From assembly GCA_013265495.1 (NCBI GenBank), contig MU057651.1, positions 434,001 to 498,000 of the forward strand: a stretch of DNA of 64,000 bases. The letters run 5' to 3'. Positions 37,771 through 49,626 of this stretch are shown here, in pieces; position 1 is the first letter of the stretch, and every line of letters begins with the position of its first letter. Under the pieces are notes generated by a model that saw only the letters and a list, made by a program, of their open reading frames with translations, made no database searches and was not told the origin of the DNA. This DNA is from Vicugna vicugna (Eukaryota). Both the position numbers and the translations under genes were made by a program.

Positions 37771-39114
37771 TGGTAGCTCTGTTTGTCATTATATGATTGG
37801 GGAATTAATGGGTGAGGATGAGTGGGCTGAAGGAGGATGGTGGCCTTTTTGATGAGGTCAGGACCCAAGTCTGGGGAGAGGCTTAGTAGAAGCGAACTTG
37901 GCAGCCCTCCAAGTCTCCCTCCCTTCTTTGGCATCCTTTGGATGATTGGGAGGCTGAGACAATGGGAGTAATCTTTAAGCAAGTCTCGCTTTGTGTAAGG
38001 CTTGCAATCATCTTGGCCGGGGGAACAGAGATTGAATAGAGCCTGGATGGGGAATGATGTTATTAATATAAACATTTTTCAAATGTAACATATTGCTCTC
38101 TGCACCCAGCAAGCTGTTGTTAGTTTGTGAGCCCTGTGCCTTTGGAAAGCCATTGCTGGCAGCTTAAATGGGTGGCTTAGAACAATTAGAAGCTTTGAAC
38201 ACTTTCAAGCTAAGGATGGGGGTAAGAATGTTTTGACTCTGTGGTTTCTCCTGGGGTTTCCCTGGTGTGCTGGACTAATTATCAGATGTAATTAGGAAAG
38301 CTGAGAAGTGGGGAGACTACAGAGAGCAGCGTACTTTCCCAGGGACCCTCGTTTCTTTGTGTAAGAAAGGGGTTGGGGAGACTGTCTCTCTATTGTGGAG
38401 AAGCAGCAATGCACAGGGCACTAGAGGGCGGGAAGGATCCTGGGAACATGGCTTTACCAGCAGAGCCTCAAGCCTACGGGGACCCATTGCTCTTGATTAA
38501 ATTTTAAGTGATCAGGACAGTTTTCCCTTCCTTTTTCTTCATGGAAGAATGGTATTCTGGGCCACTACCAGGTTCTTGGTCTATTTTTAGCAAAAGTCCA
38601 ACTTTTGTGGGTCCAAAGTGTTTAAGAACTGGTGTCCCTCTTTCAAAACTCTTGAAGTAGAGGAACTTCCACATCTTGGTCAGCCAGAATCTGTCCACTT
38701 CAGGCTGCAGAAGATCTTTTTCATCTTCTTTGGTCTATACTTCTGTCCCTGGAGCTGAGCTAGGAGCACTCTGTCCTTGAGGCTCTGAGGAATGGCAGCA
38801 TTTGTAGGGCCATCTGCTTGCTGACTTTAACTCAGAGGAGAACGTTCCATTTGGACATAGTCTTGAAGTTACTCTTGATGCAGTGGGAACAAGGTATCAC
38901 ACATGAAATGTGGAAAGAAAATGGCACTTGGTATATCTTTACTCACAAGGGGCTGAGGTGCAGACTATGAGCCTGGTATTTTGAGAAAAAGGTGAACCCT
39001 GGGGGCTAAAATTGATGGCCCAGATGTGCAGCTTTTCTCCCCTGCCAACATCGTATGAAGTTCATCATCACAAGACCATCAAATATCAATCCAATGTTTC
39101 TGCTTTCTCCGTAG

Positions 39115-39231
<117 letters not shown>

Positions 39232-41139
39232 TAAATTTTGTTGTTCTCCTTTCTTCTACTCCTTAGGATTTCCATGGGTTCATATAGCCTGGAGAAGATC
39301 CAAGCATGGTCCCTTTCTCCTGTATGTTTAGATACATGAATCACTAAGTGAAAGTTGATTGGCTATCTCAGATGCTCAGCCTCCAAACTCAATAAAACTC
39401 ACTATTTGCCCCAATAGTGACCATATTTCTTGAACCATATAGTGTGTCATATGGACTTATAGACTCAGTCAGAGCACAGGAAGGAACATTTGGGGTCAGA
39501 ACTTGGATATTGTATGCATATATATATTTTTTTCTGGTTAACATCCTCCAGCTATTTGGCCCATGTTAATGGTTCCATTTTAGAAATATTTTCCACTGTG
39601 TTCTTAGTGTCAGACATTTTCCTTTTTCCCACCTTTTGGTTGCTGCCGCATTCCCCTTGTATTGTGACTCAAGATTCCAGAAGATTATTAATCTCAGGAA
39701 GGAGGTGAATATCTGCCCATCTCCCTTTGCTTGAGTCCAAGCTCCATGTGTAAGTTCATGGTGAATTAGCTCACACAGCCACAGGGTTAGGATATGATCC
39801 TGATGGAAAGACACATTCAAAACATATTTGCCCCCAAAAAACATATTTGCCAATTATGAGGAGTAAAATGTGGGGAAAAAACAAATCAAGTTGTACTAAT
39901 ACAGACTTTACAAACACCTCAAGTGACGGGGACTCTGAACGAGGTGGCATTTCTGCTGTGTTCACTTTGAGAAGAGGCAAATGGCCATAAAATAGCTAAA
40001 CAAACCCTAGGATGTGTCCAAGTTCCTGTATCTTCTACATCTCCAGCTCTGGACAGTGATCACTAAAGTGTATCAGCCAAAACAAGAAGTAAAACAAACA
40101 AAAATGAGTTTTCTGCTTAACTCAGTTTCCTAAACAACTTACTAGACAAGATCCCCTAATCTTTCCGGATAATTTGTATTTTCTAGGTATCTTTAAGTAG
40201 AAAGTGACAAGAAGGTGTCCAATGATGAGGCTACCCTCTACCCAGCTGTTGGGTTCCTCTTTGAGCATGACAGCACAAGGTTGGGAAAAGCATAGTGGAA
40301 AGAACTCTAGACTGGGACTCAGAAGACTTGGCTGATCACCATTCTTCTGATATTTTCTTGCTTTGTGGCCCTGAGCAAGAGGCTTAAGCTCTTTGTATTC
40401 TCATCAGCAAAATGAGTATAATAATCCTCCTAATACATTAGTACAATCAGTGCCCAAAATTACCATATTAGGGATGCTGAGTGATCTCATGGAAAGTGTG
40501 TTCCCAGTGTGTCAGACTGGGATTGGGGGAGTAGCGGGAACATTTGGCAGACTCTCCCACACACCCACAGGCTCTCTATAAGTTGTGAATGGCAGAGTCA
40601 CTGCTGGCCAACTATTCATTAAACCAGCATAATGATAACGTACATCGAAAATCGAACTCTATAAATGTAAGATGGTGGTGGTGGTGGTAGTGCTTATTTA
40701 TAAAATGACATGATGTCCTTACTATGCCTAATACCATACATGGCATGTAATGAATAATAAACAGTAGCTCCCTCCCCCTCCTTTAAATTACACATGAATG
40801 TTTCACCTGTGTGGCTACAACCTCTGAGCTGTCAATCTCTTCTCCAAGGAAATTAATTAATTATGTCGACAGGCACTATTCTGAGACATGACTTTGGGTT
40901 GTCCAAAAATGATTGAGTTGACTGTTTAATTACATACCCAAGCTGCTTTTCTACTCCTTCGCTTGTTTCCATAATCTAGGAATTTAAATACCTGGCTTAG
41001 CCCAGGTGAATTTTGAAAGTTTCTCCCATGCCTCCCTCTTCAGAACAATTATTCCTTCAAACAATGAAGACCACCTTATAGTCCTTAGCCACAGGTGCTT
41101 TGACCTATGGTGGTTATTCCAGTTTCCAGAGGTTGGTGA

Positions 41140-41364
<225 letters not shown>

Positions 41365-41427
41365 TGACTTCATTTACAGAGGCCAGTACCTTCTGCATGC
41401 AGAGGAATGAGTTCCTCATGAACACCA

Positions 41428-41502
41428 TTGTGTCTCCATGAGACCAATCCTATCAATTCAGAGACTAACCAGTTGACCTTGTTTGGAGTCATGGAGACAC
41501 AG
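41428..41502 (+). other. Predicted pre-mRNA stem-loop downstream of the exon 5 donors
   Basis: TGTGTCTCCATGA (41429-41) is the exact reverse complement of TCATGGAGACACA (41489-501). The stem extends through CCAA/TTGG and TCAATT/AGTTGA. Confidence 0.7.
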
Positions 41503-42889
41503 CTACAACCCCAAATCTGCTCAGGTGGATGCACACCAGAAATCTGGCCTGTTTGCCATGCTTGCTGTAATGCTTATTGTCATGGTTGTCTTCATTGCCA
41601 TCATTTTCAACATCACCCAGCAAATGCACAGTCAATGAAATAGTCAAATCAAACATAATTGTGAAATAGAAAATCAGAATCAAAAACAAGAATATAAAGA
41701 CAAAAGCCACCCCAACATGTCAATGTAGTGGATGCCCTTGAGCTTCAAGTTTGACTTTGGACTTTTTAGAAGTCAAACCAAAAAGCGAAACAAGATAAAC
41801 TACATTATTCTCGCAATGAGACAAGGAGGTATAGGCCAGGTTCTGAAAGGATACAAAGAGATTTGTCATAGAGGATTTTATTTAGTGGATAGTGAGTGAT
41901 CTACAAAAATGTGGTCTAGGGATCACTGCCAACCCATGAACTATTTATCAACTTGTGACAAGATTAGGTGTTTGTGCCAAATGTAAATAAATCATGCCAC
42001 TGAGCAAACCATTTACTTCGGCTGACTCTTTTTTCAGAGCATGATTGTATTGATAAAGGCAGCAGTGTGTTGGTTTACTTTTACTTCTTCTAGCCTGAGA
42101 GCCTTGGGGCAGAGAGCACAGGCACCCTTTATCACTTCTTCAATTTGAGGCAGCTTGAGTGGCCTATTAGCTTTGAAATACCCGTTGGCCTGGAAAAACA
42201 GCCAGTCCTGCTGACCTCACACTACCGTGCATATCAGCAGCAATCTCTTTCTTCTCAGGCAGAAGGAACTCAACTGTGAAGAGGCAGCTCGGGCTTTTCA
42301 TACTTCCATGGCTTTGCACGTTCTCTTCTCCTGCACCTGGAACGCCATCCTTTGAACCCACCACTCTTCTTTGCTTGAAAACTCTATTCATCCTTCGATA
42401 CCTCAAATAGAAGTAGCTGTTCCATTCTCCACAATATCATAGCATGTTATTCATATCTCTGGGGTAATATTCACTGCACTGTGTTGTAATGTATTTATCT
42501 GTATGTACTTACTTCCTCAACTAAATACTGGGCAAGGTGTCATGTTCATTCTTCTATCCTCAGTGCTAAGCACAGTGCCTGGGTCCTAGTAAGTGCTCAA
42601 ACAATGCCTGTGGAAGAATAGATGCATAAGAGCATCTATTTCATCCAGCATGGTACTAGAGACCCAGTAAGCATTGTAGGTAATATTTGCTGAAGGAATA
42701 AAAATGCATGTGTTTGGTGACATTTTGGCTAAGTGTACAGAACAGCACATGAATCTGCCCAAGCAAATTCATATTACTCAAATGGCAAAGACCTAGGTTT
42801 TAACAGTTGGATTGAGAATAAAATTGTTTGTACAGGTTCTAAGCAGGGCCTTGCAAAAAATGGACCTTAAACATTTGATCAAGACTCAT

Positions 42890-43030
42890 GGGGTGGGGGC
42901 AGGATATAGCTCAGTGGTAGAGTGCGTGCTTAGCATGCACAAGGTCCTGGGTTCAATCCCCAGTACCTCCATAAATAAATAAATAAATAAACCTAATTAC
43001 CTCCCTCTCCCCCAAAAAAGTTTTTAAAAA
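42890..43030 (+). mobile_element. tRNA-derived SINE (camelid Vic-1-like)
   Basis: ggatatagctcagtggtagagtgcgtgcttagcatgcacaaggtcctgggttcaatccccagtacctcca + (TAAA)n + cctaattacctccc tail; TSD aagactcat / aagattcat. Confidence 0.9.
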
Positions 43031-43069
43031 AAGATTCATAAAGTCTGGCTATTTCTGGGATCTCTAACC

Positions 43070-43522
43070 TGTATTACTTAACTCTTGCTATGGAACAAAT
43101 TACCCTAAAATGTAGTAGCTTAAAACAACAGACATTTCCTATCTCACAGATTCTGTGGGTCAGAAATTCTAGGGTGGCTTAGCAGGGTGGGTCTGTCTGG
43201 CTCAGAACCTCTCACATAGTTGAGGTGAAGGTATTAGTAGGGGATATGGTCATCTGAAGGCTCAACTGGGACTGTAGGATCCACTTCCAAGAAGGCTGTT
43301 GGCAGTCCTTCCCCTAGACAGTGATTCAATAGAGTGAAAAGAAGAAGATGTAGTGCCTTTTATGATCTGCTTTTCAAAACCACACGCAGTCACTTCTGTT
43401 TTAGTCTATTCATTAGTAGCAGTCACTAAGGCCAGCCCACATTCAAGGAGAGGGGAATCAGGCTCCATTTCTTGAAGGGAGGAGTATCAAAGAATTCGTG
43501 GACCTATTTTCAAACCACCGCA
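43070..43522 (-). mobile_element. MaLR LTR (MLT1 family)
   Basis: acaaattaccctaaaatgtagtagcttaaaacaac...tctcacagattctgtgggtcagaaattc...aagaattcgtggacctattttcaaaccaccgca. Confidence 0.8.
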
Positions 43523-45035
43523 TAACCCATTAGTTAGAAATTCTTGTGTGGCAGCAGTCTGAAGTAAATAAATTCTCTTTGCAGACTGTATCCAGTTGGG
43601 CTACTCAGCACACATGAACACAACCACCTGTAATTGAACACAGTTTAAACATATGTCAAATAATTGGTCCCCAGCATGCTACCTATAGAATTTCACTTCT
43701 AAACAATATGTACTTCTCTGACCTTAAGATATTAGAGACAGAGAAGAAATGCATTAGGACTCAATGAGTATTTGCCAAATTGAAAGGAGTTAGATCCTGA
43801 TTGAGGCTTAGGCAGGCAAGATCTCCTTCCTTCAGAATTCCCTTGCTGAAGAGAAGGAATGAGGCTGTAGTCACACACACTAGATTAACAAAGTAACTGA
43901 TTTAAGGTAGGAAAATGGGACTTTATTTGGCAGATATCAAAATTATAAACACCTCTGTTCCCTACCAATAGAAAATCTAAGGTGGTATATTCAGTAGAGA
44001 GAATTTAAATCTTCATTTCAGGTAATTCATGAATATAAATGAAGTCGAACTGTAGTCTAGCCAGGCTTCGTGACAATTTCCAGAATGTTTGAGCTCATCT
44101 CAGATGATGTGTTTAGAGCCTCCACATGATTTCAGCCCCAGAGTGTAAAAACGTTCGTGTAACACAAGCCTGCACATTCCATGGGATTTTAGGGCCAAGT
44201 CTAGGGCAGCGTCTCAGTGAATATTCCACGGGGAAAAAGCCAATGTCAGGCAAAACAGTATTTTAGGTAGAGTTTGGATTCGACATACCCACTTTCCCTT
44301 TTCTGCCCCCACCTCACTCTGGACCATTCCAAGCTGGGAGGTGTAGGGGCATAGGATATGGAAGAGGAAGAGAGAGCTAAGAAAACCAAGCTATACCACT
44401 TCCCAGATTTGTGACTGGGGACAAGTTTCTTACCTTCTCCAAGGCTTGGTTTCCATTTTGGGTAAGACAGAATTTGCATATCTAGACAAAAATCATTTTC
44501 CTTTGTTATCAGTTATTTCCACAGTTGTACAGTAGCTTCCATAGAATCAGAATCAGATAACCATAAGGATGAGTTATGGACAATGCATAGTCTCACATTA
44601 GCATAAATTTCTCCTTACAAATATTAAGAAAGAATTATTTCATAAAGTGTAAAGGTTTCCTGAGCTGTTAGCAAGGCACATATACAAGTTAATATACATT
44701 TAACCAAAGAATAATGGTATTGGGTGGGGCTGAAATTTTTTGTTCTTTTCTGGTACATGGTAGTACCACTCTGTTTCCATTCTGTGTTAGTCTGTCTTGG
44801 CTCTGAGACTTGTGCACGAATCCACATTTCTTCATTCATCCTGAGTAAAAGGTTGTGGAAGATCGGCCATTTCCAGAGAATTTTAACTACCTTCCTTTGA
44901 TGGCAAATGAAAGCCAAAAATGTTCCTCTTTAGCCGGGATTCAAACCAAATGAAACATTGGCTCAGTTAAAGGAATGTTTTGATGTTCTAATTCATTAGA
45001 AAATATATAGGTTTGAACAAGTTTGCTAGATTTTC

Positions 45036-45095
45036 TAATATATATATATATATTATATATTATATATATAATATATATATATATGTATGTATATT
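45036..45095. repeat. Interrupted (TA)n microsatellite
   Basis: taatatatatatatatattatatattatatatataatatatatatatatgtatgtata. Confidence 0.9.
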
Positions 45096-46155
45096 CCAAT
45101 TCATGTTTCAGTTAATATCTGGGTTCAGTTTGACTTGAGGTTTAGTAGTAAATTGATGCTATTTGGTCTGTAATTTGTGTCATAATTTGATTCCTTGTTC
45201 CTTAGTCCTTAAGTTGTCTCTTTCCTGTTCTGCCCATGAATAAATCAAAATCCTTCTACTTTATTCCCTTCCAGTTCAATCCCCACTCCTGCCAATATTG
45301 AGTTTGCCCCAAATGAAATATCTGTTGCTAAGCCTTAAACTCGAGTTAAGGAAGGATTTGATTGTCTATATAATATTGCTATAAGGAACTCTCATTCTCA
45401 CTGGGCAGAGCTGATGGACTCTTAGAATCCAAGTCCCATTAGCCAAGTTTGTCTTAAAGTAGGGCAAGGGACTGTGTGGTAAGCAGACGAAACCTGAGCC
45501 CAGAAGGCTCCTATGGGATGTTTGAAGAAAGTTTGTGCAGTGTCCCATTTTGATTAACCCAGGACTTGCCATTTTGATGGGCAAAGGTAAGCCTGGCTTC
45601 AAAACTAAAGGAAGACATTTCTCTGTGTGTCTCTTTGTTTCCATTTTAGCCATTAATTTGTTAATTTTTCTCTTTATGCAACTACCCCCCAGTTGAATTG
45701 AATTGAAAGGACAAAATCAGCTAGTTACTGGGAAGGAATCTTTTCTTTTTCTTTCTTTCTTTTTTCAAAGGAGCCTCCAAGGAAGCTAATAACCCACCGT
45801 GGTAGGCTGAGGGGATTGTAATGTGATAATTAGTTTGCTATTCTTCAACAGTAAGTCATTGTTGTAGCAACCCAATGTTCTCCACCCTCCTTCCCCCAAC
45901 CTATGTGCACTGATTCCTGAAAGTCAAATCTTCCCTGTTCCCAATCTCCCAAGAACAAATGTCTTCTCTACCCAAATATACAGCTTTTGAAAGAGGAGGT
46001 CAAGGGCCACAAAACAGCCGGACACCCCCAGGGGAGTGTCCGTGGGAGAACTGTATCCTGGATCTCCTTCTCGTCTGAACCAAACAGGCTGCTTGGGGTT
46101 GTGTAAGATGGAGGGACCTGGCTGTTCTGACCTTCCTGAATATGACTGTCTAGAC

Positions 46156-46443
46156 CAGCTCTGTCCAATAAAAATATAATGCAGGCCACAAATGCAAGCC
46201 TCCTATGTAATTTTAAATTTTCTAGTAGCCTGAGTTAAGTTCAAAGAAACAAGTGAAATTAACTTTGATAATATATTTTATTTTACTCAATACATCCAAA
46301 ATAGTATTATTTCAACATGTGTTCAATGTAAGAAATTATTAATGAGCTACTTTATGTTCATTGAAGTTGGACTGTATTTTACACTTGCACGTCTCAAGTC
46401 TGACCAGCCACACTTGACTAGTGGCTACTGTATTAGACAGCAC
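46156..46443. mobile_element. MER33/MER3-like hAT-Charlie element
   Basis: ctgtccaataaaaatataatgcaggccac...ttttaaattttctagtagcc...gtggctactgtattagacagc. Confidence 0.75.
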
Positions 46444-47399
46444 CATACCTTTCCTTTGCATCTGAGAGAAGTTCAAGAGAATGATCTTTTACATGAATTA
46501 AATGCTCTGCACTTTGCAAAATATTTTCAAATCCGTCACCTCAGTTGTCACTCATAACAGCATCATGAATTAAGTTGGGAAAGGAAGATTATCCACTTGT
46601 TTGTTTTTTTGTTTTAGATTGGGGAACTAAGATATGAAGAGGTTCAGTAAATCCTGTGGTCTTCCCAATGTCTATCTAGTATCCAAGAACCAGAGGCCCA
46701 GCCTCCTGGCTTCCAGGCAGGCGATCTTTGCATTGTTCTTAAGGCAGGGTTTGGATGCTCCAGAGTGGTGAACAGAAAGTCTCTGTTGGATGGTCCTGGC
46801 TTCTCTGCTTCCTTCCACCTCCCCCCACCTCCAGGCGAGGGATGTGGGGAAGCAGGGGGGTGGGTGGTATCTGTGTCATTCTCTTTGTGCTGCATAGAGC
46901 ACAGCCATGAGTAATTAAGTGCCTTTGTTTCCAGTGCCCAGTCCTAGACACTCCGCAGCTCCCCTACTGTAAATCCAAGGAGAAATGGTGCCCTTGGCAA
47001 AGCTATGGGAAGAGAAAAACTTCCCTTGCCCCTTCCCCCATCCTGATTCTTTCTAAAACCACAGCTTTTGTCTAGTTTAAGTGGAAGAACTATCCTATAT
47101 CTAAGGCAACTTTTCCATTGTCACAACAGAGCCATGTAGGAAATGGTTGGAGCAAGCAGTATAATGGGGGTCACTGAGCACTCCACAGGGCATGGGATGA
47201 GGGGGTGTTAACCCATTTCCCTGTAGTAGGAGTCCTAGCAGCCTGCTTCAGCCTGGGACTTGTGTTTAAGTACAGCTGACTCTCCAAGGCTTTGGTGGAG
47301 TACCTAGTAGTGCTAGGTGCTATAAGGAAAAGGAACTATAACATTGTCACCAAGAAGCTTTTAGTTTATTTGGGGATCCAGTATACATATAAATTTAAC

Positions 47400-47650
47400 A
47401 AACCATTTTATTTACAAACACTTACATAGTTCATATGTGCCAAGCAACCATTCTATTCACTGTACATATATTAACTGACTTAATCTTTACAACCTTATGA
47501 GGTAGGCACTACTAGCCCCATTGTGCAAATGAGGAAACAAGGGCATAGAGGTTAAGTGACCTACCCAAGATCACGCAGCTAGTGAGTGGTAGAGCTGGGA
47601 TTTGAACCCAGCCAATTTAATTCCACAGTTTACAATTTAACCGTTGCACT
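47400..47650 (-). mobile_element. MIR SINE nested in an L2 fragment
   Basis: atgaggaaacaagggcatagaggttaagtgacctacccaagatcacgcagctagtgagtggtagagctgggatttgaaccca. Confidence 0.8.
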
Positions 47651-48083
47651 GTGATGCTAAATAAGAGTTAAGGATAATGATTTGTTTAAATGCCAAGTGC
47701 ATGAGAGATACAGGCAGTAGGTGCTATAGAAACTATTAGAGTTCATGGGAAAGAGAGTTCATGGGGGAGGCTAGGATGCTAAGGGAAGTCTTCCTGGAAG
47801 AACTGGGGCTTGAAGGAGGATTTGATTTCAGTTGATAAGGAAATGGATATTTCTGGCAGCAGAGAAGGCATGAACAAAAGAGCAGAGGTAGTGACCAATA
47901 TGGCATATCCAGGTACAGAGAGGCAGATATGAAATCTACACCTTCAGCCCGAACCTTCCTTCTGGATGTTAGTGACATGAATGACTACCAGACAATTCTG
48001 CACATATGTACCAAATGCAGTGGATCTAAAAATAAAAAATATTTCCTCCCCTCAACTCCCTAACAATAGAATCAATTCTATTC

Positions 48084-48595
48084 TGTTACCAAGTCCAAAC
48101 TCGTTCTGCTCACTGCACGACAGGCCAATAAATCGGGAGATGAGGTGTTGGGGCAAGGAATAACGACTTTATTCAGAAAGCCAGCAGACAGAAGATGGCA
48201 GACTAATGTCCTGGAGAATCATCTTTGCCAAGTCAGAATTCAGGCTCCTTTTATACTAAAAAGGGGAAGGTTGGTTGTTGCAAACCTCTTGGTGTTAGAA
48301 TCCTTTGTTCTTGCAGCTGTCCACGTGGGTCAAGTCATGGTGTCCCTGTAAACCTCCAACAAAACAAATGTTATTTTCTATTCTGCAACTTGTTATCTTT
48401 ATAGGAATGAAAAAGTGTTAATATCCTTAAAGGTCAGAGCCTTGAGACTAGGTTTTCCTGTATATTTCAGGCTGTAGGTAACATTCTTTTACAAAAGGTA
48501 CAGAACCAGCACGTCTAAGCTCAGGAAACAGAGCCCAGGGGTAAAGCCAAAGGAATAGATCTAACATGAAGTCAGATTTGTTCTTCCCTATTACA
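48084..48595 (-). mobile_element. Intact ERV1-type solo LTR (512 bp)
   Basis: Termini TGTTA...TTACA, perfect 4-bp TSD ATTC (48080-83 and 48596-99), and TTTATT (minus-strand AATAAA) near 48167. Orientation inferred. Confidence 0.8.
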
Positions 48596-49286
48596 ATTCT
48601 ATTCCCCAGACCCAACACCTCCACATTATCTTTGACTCTTCCCACTCTTCAGTCCTTCATGTCCGCCACATGCTATTGCTGCTGTTGTTGTTGAACCTTT
48701 GAAACATCTCCACATTTCTCACATAGAAGTCCCTTCCTTTCTGTCATCACCTGCTGCCTGGATTACTCAACAGACTCCTATGTGGTGTCTCTGCTTCACA
48801 TCTCCGTCCACTTATGCATCTGGTGTGGTGCCACCACATTTCTCATCCTAAAACATTGCCATTATGTTACCTTCCTGCTCCAATACTTTCAGTTGTTCCA
48901 CTCAGAGTTCATTGACTGCCACCGCCTCCAAGGTACTGCTGAGAGATTGAAAAGAGAGAGGAGCCGAGGGCTCGGTTTTTGGGAGCCCAAGAAAATGCAA
49001 AAACCAGAAGTAATGGGCTTCATGCCGGAAAACTTCAGTCGTCTGAATGCCTGACCTGCTAACCAAAGAGTTAGTTCTCAGCCTCTTTTGGTTAATAAAT
49101 CATCCCTTGTGGAAGGGGATTTCCTAATTCAGTGCTGCAATTCCTTCCATTTCTAGTAGTGGCAGTAGTAATATCAGTATAAGATGGCATTATTGAGCCC
49201 TCCCTGTGTGCTAAGGCACTTAGCTAAGCATTTGATATATGTCATGTAATCCTCAAAATAACAATAATTGAGATATGCACTATTTT

Positions 49287-49626
49287 GTTTTATTTTTTAA
49301 TTGAAGTACAATCAGTTTACCATGTTGTGTCAACTTCTGGTGTACAGCATAATGTTTTGTCATACATATACATACATATATTCCTTTTCATATTCTTTTT
49401 CATTATACACCATTACAAGGTATTGAATATAGTTCCCTGTAGTATACAGAAGAAACTTATTGTTTACCTATTTTATATATAGTAGTGTCTATCTGCAGAT
49501 CTCCAACTCCCAATTTATCCCTCCCCCCACTTTCCCTTTTGATAACCGTAAATTTGTTTTCTATGTCTGTGAGTCTGTTTCTGTTTTGTAAATAAGTTCG
49601 TTTGTGTCATTTTTTTAGATTCCACA
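49287..49626 (-). mobile_element. Lineage-specific L1 3' end inserted in a MIR
   Basis: ttttttaattgaagtacaatcagtttac...tgttttctatgtctgtgagtctgtttctgttttgtaaataagttc; 17-bp TSD gagatatgca(c/t)tatttt at 49270-86 and 49627-43. Confidence 0.88.

Noticed and set aside
42898..42971. Possible tRNA-Ala gene
   Set aside because: The A-rich tail and TSD indicate a SINE.
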